64,000 nucleotides of DNA from Schmidtea polychroa. Lineage: Eukaryota. The DNA is taken from positions 115,112,397-115,176,396 of the forward strand of contig CM097887.1 of NCBI GenBank assembly GCA_044892525.1, given 5' to 3'. The notes under the pieces are model-generated. The model ran no database searches, was not told the DNA's origin, and was given only the letters and a program-made list of their open reading frames with translations. Position 1 is the first letter of the stretch; each line of letters begins with the position of its first letter. This document shows positions 54,593-64,000 of this stretch, piece by piece. The translations under genes were made by a program, and so were the position numbers.

Positions 54593-57500
54593 AAAAAAAT
54601 TTCCCCTGAAGTGGGGTTTGTGATCTAGCAGTGCCCTATCTATCTGCTGTTTCTCAAACTTCATTTTTTCAAAGTATATTTGAATAATGTGGATCTTTTA
54701 AAACGGAAATGCAAAAACAAATTCAAAAGAAAAGGAATTACAAAACAGATTATTTCAACATTGTAGACTATTTCCGAATTTGATTGTTTCAGTGTTCAAA
54801 TATTATCAACCAAACCCTCCCCTCTAATATTTGTTTTTGATATTAATAAAATTTATTTACAAATTATGTCAATCCAATAAATATCATAAAAGCTTTTAAT
54901 TCTAATATATAAACATATACTACTAAAAGAATATTAGTAAACCGACATGTACATTGCGCTAAAAAATTATTTGAGAGATTCAACATTTATATTGAGTGAA
55001 ATTTACAATAAGTCAAATTATCTAATATTAAACCTCGTAAATCGGAAATTTTGCACGTTGAGGATCTAGACAATCAATCAAAAAATGTAGTGTTCCGGCA
55101 AGACCTAAAATTAAATAGTTTTATTATTAAAATGTAGTCTCTTGTCAGTTATTTTACAAATAAATTCAGCATAAACTAACAATTCAAAATTTAGTAACAC
55201 AAGTAAAAGCAATAAATAACTATAATAAGTCAAAGCTACTCGTAAGGTTAGATATTTTTATTATGAGACTTGTTTTTCAAGTATAACTTTTTTTTCACTT
55301 ACGTTAGGCTAACATAAACACAATTTATACTAAAGATTTGGGTGGTGATATTTCACAATTGGATATTAAACGTTTTCAAAAAAAAATCGGAGTTCAATTA
55401 TAACTGCAAGTTTTATATAAAATGTCACTTAAATATATAAATAAAATAAGAATTCATGAAATATTTGAATAAAAAACTATATATATGCATCAATAATATA
55501 CACGTGGTGGACTAGAGCCGAAAAATCGAGAGTTTGTTTAAATGAGTCGGAAATACATATCATAGAAATCGCACGAAGTCGAATCAAAATCTAATTATAA
55601 ATTAAATAATACAAAGTAAAGAACACAACTCCGTGTGGATAAATAAACACGTATAGTATAAAATGATAAACAGAAGAATTCCCAAAATAGTTAAGATAGA
55701 AACAACACATTCGGAAAATCTGCAAGGTTGAAAAGAAAAAAAGATCAAATATTATTTACATACTAAGGATCTATGAAATATGCAGAATTTAAGACAAATA
55801 AAGTCCCCGTGAAAATCGCTAAATAATTAAATAAAAAAATCAATATAAGTTGACACAAAGTTGACGAAAACTTAAGACACCAATCGAACATTTATTTATA
55901 AAGAATAGATACAAAAAATAAGATTAGAATAATAACAAAACCAAAAAATGTTTATCATGAAATTAAAATGTCTACTAAGATATAAAACGCATTTTAAATG
56001 AATTATAATAAAAAATAATAAAAAAAACGAATCAAATTATGAAATCAATCGCTTAGTAGATGAATTAGCCATCGTTGTATCAACCTCATTCACCTGCTGA
56101 AAATACCCTAAAATTCTTAGTATTTTATGCAGGTCAACTATATTTTATGAGTTTTTTGTAGGTCAAATCGAATTTACAAACAGGCCAACACTGGATCAAA
56201 TACAAACACTATATAGTTTTAATATTGTTGGGTTTTATTAATTCAAGTCGGTTACCTCTGACTCCACGTGTCACTTTAATTGAAAATCACCACCAACAAA
56301 CTACCCAACGTATATTTGAATCACAAAAATGTATTTCTCTCGACACAAAATAATCAATAACCAAATTTTTATGAGTTTAACCGATCCACCACTTAGTGTT
56401 GATGCCTTGACACAAGATAATATTCACCCTTACTCCCTACCTTCTTTTGACCAACTATTTGCCTAAACTTCCTAATTTGTCCTTCCCTTTTCATACTCTC
56501 GATTTCTTCGAACTCCTAGCTGAGGCTAAATACCGATTATTTTGAATTTCGACTTTGCATTTAGACTAAAATAATCACTTTGATTAATTGATCTTTGACC
56601 GGATTGCTTTTATCTGACAATGGTTTAACAACTGGTTCCTCGAACGTTGTTTGAACCATATTGCGATTAATTACCTTCCTTTGCTAATCCTTCGTAGTAG
56701 CAGTAGAGTAATGCGTGGACCCGGGAACAAAGGAAATTAAGTCATACCCCCTACCTCTCGGGGAGGAGGTAAAGATTAAAAAAAAATTTTAAGGTCACGG
56801 TAAGGTTAACCTAAGATCAAAGTCATTTTTAGGACAGTTTGAGGTCAAAGTCAATTTTTAGGGTCAAAGACGATTTTAAGATCAAATCCTTAGGTTAAAG
56901 TTGATTTTAAGGTCAAATTTTAAACAAAGACATATTACATAACAAAGACATATGACTCATCAATGTAAACAAAGACATTTAAGGAACAAATAACTATTAC
57001 GCAACAAAGACATATGACTCATCATTTTAAACAAAGAAATATGAGTCATTATATTTTTAATTTTCAAAGGTCAGAGTTTCAAGAGGGGGTATTGTAGTAG
57101 AATTTTACATTTTTTAAATATAATTACGAACCAAAACAGAACCTCAATTAGGTTTTATTTTTACTTCTGTTTTGGCGTTCTCGACTTCCTGAAACTAAAA
57201 TTATTAAAAAAACTACTATAGTAAATTATCGCTATAGTAAAAATTGACAAAAATAAAAAAATCGAATTAGAAATTTGGATAACCAAGAAAACAGAAAGTT
57301 ATATAGAAGATTAATCTTAAGATACTCAAGAATAAAGTTCCGAAAAAGATAAAAAAGAAAATTATAAAACCTAAACAATTCAAGATCAAAGTTCTGAAAA
57401 ATATTAAAAGGAATATTATCAAACATTAACAATTCAAGAATAAAATCCCGAAAAAGATAAAAAAGAAAATTATAAAGACTTGTCCAATTTCTATGAGCCG

Positions 57501-57777
57501 AGGTTTCAGGTCGATTATTATATATATATTATTTCTTTAATAAAAGTTGTTATCGTTTATAACTGTTATTGTTAATTTTATTATACATTTTATTTGGGGT
57601 GTCATAAGCACGCAGATATACACGCACCCCGATTGTCCCGCCACAAGTTTTAACGGAGACTCTTTCGGGCTCATCAAATTTCTTAAATAATCTATACAAA
57701 TTAGACACAAGCTAAGAGTAAACATTCAATCTAACAGGTATCATTCGAAAGGTCTATCCTCTATCAATTATTATTAT

Positions 57778-58041
57778 CAGCACCGGCGCTAAAGTTTCAG
57801 ATGATGTGTGAAAATTGCATATTACCGCCTTCGCATTCCATAATAAGAGTAAAAAAACGATAAATGCATACATAACAAAACAATATAACTTTATTACTTT
57901 TAATTTAATTCATATTTATTATAAAAACATAAAAATCTTATGAAAATAACAAATTTCTGTACAATTTTGCCGCCTTTTGTATTTTTCCGCCGTGGCACCT
58001 GCGTGAAAATCACGCATCGTACCCGCCTCACGTCGGGCCTG
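57778..58041. mobile_element. Putative hAT MITE
   Basis: Imperfect TIRs CAGCACCGGCG / CAGGCCCGACG; 8-bp flanking repeat ATTATTAT, which is low complexity. Confidence 0.5.
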
Positions 58042-58419
58042 ATTATTATTACGCGCGGAAAATATTATTATTATATATAATCAGAGTTTATCCGATAAGA
58101 TATTCTGTCCCCCTATGGATACTGTTCACATGGGTAATGGTGACAAGAGTACTACTCACATTCAACATGCCTCAAATGGCATATTATAATTATTATTTAA
58201 AATTATTATTAAATTTTGACCAACTTAAATCAATGAAGGGGTAGGATAAAAATATATTACGTTGCAGCATTTTAAAATTTAAATATATTTTAAAAACTTA
58301 TTTTGACGCTAAAGTTAACTTATTTTACTTATTATTAACTTATTATTATTTTTTTTTGAATTTTCAATATTCTTTCAAAGTATTATTTTAACACGCGCGG
58401 GAGTTATTATTAATGAAAA

Positions 58420-58630
58420 ACCTAAAATATTGTTTACACACATACAAAACCCATTAACAATTATTATTATTATCAATATTAGTGAAAAACCTAAAATATT
58501 TATTTTATACACACATACACAACCCATTAACCATTATTATTATTTATTATCATTATTATTATCAATATTAGTGAAAACCTAAAATATTTTTTACACACAT
58601 ACACAACCCATTAAACTTTATTATTATTAT
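58420..58630. repeat. Three imperfect ~70-80-bp tandem units with (ATT)n
   Basis: AAAACCTAAAATAT...ACACATACA.AACCCATTAA repeated three times. Confidence 0.75.
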
Positions 58631-59128
58631 TATTATTAAAATATTAGTTCTCTTTTCCTTTCATCAAGTATTGGCTATGCATTTCCTGTCTAGTGACTTC
58701 TAACGATGCCCACCGAGCTGCTCTTTACAGGCTTCTGCTTCCGCGCGTAAATTTTGGATCAGCCATTGCGACTGGTAACAATCCCATTCCTTGCTTCTTC
58801 GATATATGTGCGGGTTTATTCGTTAGCTGGTACATTTCCTTGGTCCATTGAGTCTTGACTGCGTTGTTTGCTAGAGTTATTGGTGAGGGGGACTGTTAGC
58901 AACGATATTTTCTTGTGTCATATCTCTAGAATTTATATACAATTAATTTTCTTTCCAATTTCTTTACTTTTCCGTTATTTCATTATACGAAATCTCATTC
59001 AATTTTCGCTTGAATTTATTACATTTACGGTGCCTTGGGTGCCCCATACTATTATTATATACAACATTATTTGGTTATATATTCCGATATTTATAATTTA
59101 CAATATTTACAATTATGTCGATAACCGT

Positions 59129-60492
59129 TTACTCGGTTCTCCCTACGCCCTCTCTCTTGAATGATACCTTTATGTACAGTGTATCATCCTTCACCAATTT
59201 TTCGAATTCTTCTTCAATGATGAAGTTCAGCGCTCCTGTTCCTGGACCTTCCTGACATGTAGGTCTTTGGTAACATAGCTTTAAAACAATCCTCCTTGAT
59301 GGTTTTGTCGTTCAAAATAGCTAGGTTGACTTTTGCTCTGAATGGCCATTCCAAGATTTCGTCATTTTCACTTTTACATAGTAGAAAAAATATTGATGCA
59401 TGGGTTCCTCTTCCCGTACCGTCTCCGTCTAGGTATATCCGTATCTTCATTTTGTACCCATTTTTCCAAGACAGGAATGCTGGGCTTGATATTGCTCGCA
59501 CCTTGTCGTCCTTTGCCTCTTGGGTTTTTACTTTTATCCCTTACAATTTACATATGTATGGAGCTACTGCTCATTCCACTGCTTCCATTATTTGTTGACG
59601 TCTGTTTTCTATTTCCAAACTGTAATTGCTTGGATGTCATTACTCTCTCCATCATCTGTTCTCTGGCGTCCTCGAATGCTACTCGGTTCGCTAGTAGCTC
59701 TCGGGTTAGCACTTTTATTGAGGCTATTTCTAATTCCATCTGTTGCACTTTCTTTTCGTTTTCATGAGTTGCCTTAGCTCACATTTCCGTATGCGTGACT
59801 ATATTTTCGACCAAATGTTGTGGCAATTAATCTCTTTTTAGTTTTGTCCAGCAACTACATTTTTCCATAATACAAACTGTTGTACCCGGTTTTCCCACAT
59901 TTTCTAGATACAAAGCTATTTTTACTTTCCCTTTTACTTCACATTCGTTTGGACATATTTCCATATATTCTAGGCACACTTTCTCTTCCTACAAATTTTT
60001 GTGTTCGTTTTATATTTTCCTCCATAGGTCTACTTTTCCACAATGTTCACATCTCTCTTGTCTTTCTTCGCATTCTTCTTCGTGTTCTGTTACTTCAGTT
60101 AGTTTTACCACTTGTTGGCAAAGTTTGCATTTATTGACTTTATATCGACATTCTTCCACGTGTTGCTTTACTTTCCATATTGTTCCTACCCATAAGCAAG
60201 ACGTGTTTTTACATCCTATCTTTGTTTTCAATATATCTTTGATTGCTGCTCTATCTTCATGGGTATCTTTTACTGTTTCTATCGAAGCTTCTCCGCAAAT
60301 TTTATACAAATTTTTATACAATTTTTACACATTCTGCATCCACATTCCGTCTGGTGCGGTTCTTGTAGTAAATTTAAACACATTCCGCATGATACATTCT
60401 TGTGCATTCTGATCGTTGTGGTCTGGCGCAGGAATTCTATGATTTCTCTAGTCTGTTTTATGTTGATTATTCATTTCTATAATTATATACAT
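59129..60492 (-). pseudogene. TRAF: Frameshifted TRAF pseudogene
   Basis: CGMC..EPHQTECGCRMCKNC; GCKNTSCLWVG; SPAFLSWKNGYKMKIRIYLDGDGTGRGTHASIFF..EWPF; split across several ORFs. Confidence 0.92.
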
Positions 60493-60983
60493 GTTTATTT
60501 CTCATCTCGTATCACTCTATATCAATATTTACACATTATTTACATATTTTGAGTTTTATTTATAGGCTAGAAGAGTCGGCTTCCTGTCCACCCTCTTCTT
60601 TGCTTATTAGCCACTCTGACCAATCTTCTATCTCTACTTGTTCCATTTCTTCTGCTAACCTTATCAATTCGTCTTCTTGTAGTTGGCTATATCGCCTTAG
60701 CCGTTCTATTTCCAGGTCATTTTCGTTCTTTGGTCTTCTATTATCATTAAGTAATCGAACCCTTTGTTCAAGCTTTCAATAAGATGTCTTTGCGTCATCA
60801 TTCCTTCTTCTTGCATTTCTGAGATTAGCTGTGCTAGCATTGCACATTGTTGTTTCCACATTTCAATCGTCGTCGTGTTGTGGTTTATTTCTGTAGTGAT
60901 CTGCTCCATCGTTCTTAACTATATACACATATAAGCTTTCATCTTCGTTCTATTTTATCTCATTTTATTCCTCATCGTTATAT

Positions 60984-61153
60984 NNNNNNNNNNNNNNNNN
61001 NNNNNNNNNNNNNNNNNNNNNNNNNNNNNNNNNNNNNNNNNNNNNNNNNNNNNNNNNNNNNNNNNNNNNNNNNNNNNNNNNNNNNNNNNNNNNNNNNNNN
61101 NNNNNNNNNNNNNNNNNNNNNNNNNNNNNNNNNNNNNNNNNNNNNNNNNNNNN
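60984..61153. other. Assembly gap (N run)
   Basis: Ns in the sequence. Confidence 1.
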
Positions 61154-62741
61154 AGTTTATACATACATCATTTACATTATATACAGTTATATCCCTTTCT
61201 ATTTACTCAGGTGGTTTAGTTTTGTTGTTGGTCTATTTCGTTTACCATAGCTTCTATTCGCCTTGATTGGAGTAATTTCCCTTCCTTCCTTTGTCTCCGG
61301 TTCTTTCTTATTTCTATTATTCCACCGGTAAATAATGCTGCTATTACACACATGGCTACGCTTCCCAGCCATATCACCCTCATTGTTGTGGAAATTTCTA
61401 TTTTCTCGTTATTTTTCTTTTGCGGTGTCTTCACTGGTTCCTCCCTTGCTGGTTCCGTCTCTGGATCCCCTTTTGTTTCGTCTTCTAATTTGTCATTTAA
61501 CTTTTCATCTATCTTTCTCCTCATCGTGTTCATAATTCTTTCCAACTCTTCCTCGGTTATATACTTGGTCTCGTTTGATTCTGCTTTTCCCGTTATCGTC
61601 CTATCCTCGTACTTTCTTCGTTTCTTCTTTAGGCTTTCGCTTGTTTCATCTGTTCGTTGATGTTTCTTTCTTCCTTCTGTCTGAGGATATCTTTGACATT
61701 ATGGTCTTGGTCCCTTTTTCCATATTCACACCGTATATTCTGTTTTTGGTATTATATATCCAATGATTTTTTCGTCGCCTTGCTTCTTCCATTCTTCAGT
61801 GCATTTGGTTGCTCCGTATTCCTTAATTAGTCCTTGAGTCTTTTGCATACATATTTTCTTTAGCGGTGTTTTTTTATATTTATACTCTAGTTTATTTTAT
61901 TCTTTAATCTACACAAAAAAATTTTTAAAAAAACAAAAATTTTTAATCGACACAAAAATTTACTCGACAGATTTACCAACAATTTTAATAGTAGAAATGA
62001 CCCGATAATCTTTACAGGAGGGATAATAATGTAATAATCCCAGTAACTGTAGTAACTAACCGACATTCAGATGAGGGAGAGAGTGATAGCGTTGCTGCTT
62101 AAGGTTAAAGAGCAATCCCAGGACACATGAATGACAAGATAATATATGTAGTTACATACTGTAATATGGATTTCGATAGCAAGTATTAAATAATAAACAG
62201 GAAAGTAGCTTAACAATGAGTTTAATAGTACGAATATAGAAATGAAAATTTTCAATAACAAGAGTAAAACAAGAGTAATTAATAATAATTTTAATATTAA
62301 GGATATAGGGATGATAATTTCAATAACAAGTATATAGTAATAATAAATTTAATAGCAAGAATATTTAAATAATGATTTTACCAGCAAGAATAGTCCAATA
62401 GGAATTAGGGCAGTGAGAGTGTCTGAATAATAGTCTACATAGCGAGCATAGGTTAACCACGGGTGCGACAGTAATAATAATATAATAATAATTATAAAAG
62501 TAAGAATAAGATAATAATTATATCAGAAAGAATAACATGATGATTCTAATAGTGCGAATGACGTAATAGTAGTTGACATAGTAAGCAATGTAATAGTAAT
62601 GATTATAATGGTAATCGGAATATAATAATAATTTTTAATAGAATTAACAATATAATATTAATTTTGGCAATAATAATAATAATAATAGTTTTCAGGATCG
62701 TAACCCTAGTGAATTTAGGAACAGCAAAACATTGTGTAAAT

Positions 62742-63790
62742 CAGAGCTCCGCAACCGGTGTGCCGCGAGGTGATGCTAGGTGTACCGCGGCGCAATGCCT
62801 ACCCGAGAAAAAATATAGGGTTTATGACGGACACGTGCGTTATGCTTATATCTATCTTGTTTACAAATAATTGCGTTGTTGACAAAATATTCGGTCAATA
62901 AACATGGTTTAAAAAAATTACATTTCAGGTTGTTCACATTTAAATTTATTGTCTTATATCAGTGGTACGCAAACTTTTTACCTCCCGGCACAAAATAGAA
63001 AAAAAAAGTCAAGGCACAAATAGAAAGAATGTATCTTTTATATAGAATTTTTTTAATAAAATGAAATTACATGTATATATTTTATTTAATGGGATGAGTG
63101 CGCTTGTTTTTTGTCGCAAATAAATTTTATACGTGGTTCGATTTTTGTTAAAACTAAAAAAAATATTTTCGTACTAAATATTTTCGCATTATCGGCACAT
63201 TTTAAATTCTTTTACGGCACACTAATATGCCGCGGCACATAGTTTGCGTATCACTGTCTTATATTATGCTACCAAGTTTTATAGCCTGAACAATAAATAC
63301 AAGAAATTTTAGAGAAATTTATTTTTAAGAACAATAAATTTTTATGATGTAAATATAAATACATCATAAAAATTTGTTTTCGTTGACTTCGAACAAGTGA
63401 TCCATTATTTTATTGAATCAGATGATGATTTTAAATTTTCATTCGTAAGTTAGCTTTTATAGTGTACTCATCTCTCTGTGATTTTGTGAATTTAGAAGAT
63501 AAAAATTAGTGTAAGTATTCAAATAATTATTTTTCTAACTAACTTGACTAGCGCTCAATTCTAAATATTGAATTTGAATAATTTTTAATATATAAATATT
63601 ACAATTAAATATTCATATTTATTCATATTTATTTTATATAATTTTAAATATGGACAAGTTTTTGCATAAAGAATGTTCAACTTTATCGACAAATGATGAT
63701 GAACCCAGCACGAGCAATGATGTAAAAAGACCGAAGATAGTGAAAAGGCAATACAATGCAGAATATATTCAATACGGATTTTCGGTTCGG
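62742..63790 (+). mobile_element. 5' part of a Buster/Charlie-type hAT with a truncated transposase start (63650)
   Basis: End CAGAGCTCCGCAACCGGTGTGCCGCG; N-terminus ..KRQYNAEYIQYGF, after which homology stops. Confidence 0.6.
62960..63256. mobile_element. hAT MITE nested in the Buster element
   Basis: TIRs CAGTG(G/A)TACGCAAACT, 8-bp TSD TCTTATAT on both sides. Confidence 0.9.
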
Positions 63791-64000
63791 AATCCACGGA
63801 CTTCAAATGCTGTAATTAATGGAAATTTTCTTGTTGCAACTTCAAATTTGACACAAAGTGAGGTTAACAGAAATATGTATTTTAATAATTGTTGTTTATA
63901 GACAAAATTTAATTCACAAATCTCCTCACCAGTGACCAAGACATTTATTAAATTGTTCAACAGTAATTTTCAAGTGTTTTTTTCTTTTGAAGAGACACTC

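Larger units (their letters stand above)
58650..61860 (-). mobile_element. Decayed, diverged copy of the giant element accessory array
   Basis: Same gene order as 9.4-12.6 kb: TM-ORF homolog 61216-61860, small coiled coil 60560-60930, TRAF 59129-60492, N-terminus of the 12305 homolog 58650-58921; spacers conserved (TAGAAAGGG.TATAACTGTATATA). Confidence 0.9.

Noticed and set aside
1-64000. rRNA or tRNA genes
   Set aside because: No recognisable conserved rRNA blocks or cloverleaf with A/B boxes seen; tRNAscan-SE would be needed to exclude them fully.

Overview
AT-rich eukaryotic scaffold with two N gaps. Composition, (ATT)n tracts and the TE set suggest a triclad planarian or similar invertebrate (inference). 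Main result: 1 to ~19 kb is the 3' part of a giant, virus-like Ty3/Gypsy (Metaviridae) element. Its polyprotein carries a Bcl-2-like domain and a chuvirus/gB-type class III fusion glycoprotein in frame upstream of PR-RT-RNaseH-IN. Ankyrin modules and a second membrane segment follow, and the whole appears to be one >3,370-aa ORF broken by three small lesions. Downstream is a co-oriented accessory array: an intronless TRAF, three coiled-coil proteins, a type I membrane protein and a probably spliced basic protein. Every spacer in the array carries TGTAWATA (Pumilio-element-like) motifs. A diverged, decayed copy with the same gene order lies at 58.6-61.9 kb on the minus strand. The rest is three paralogous host-like membrane-protein genes (one pair with a gene-conversion-like signature), an intact pogo, a nest (old Gypsy containing a young Gypsy and a hAT, with a hATm inside the hAT), further hAT relics, MITEs, palindromes and microsatellites. 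No rRNA, tRNA or CRISPR array was seen.
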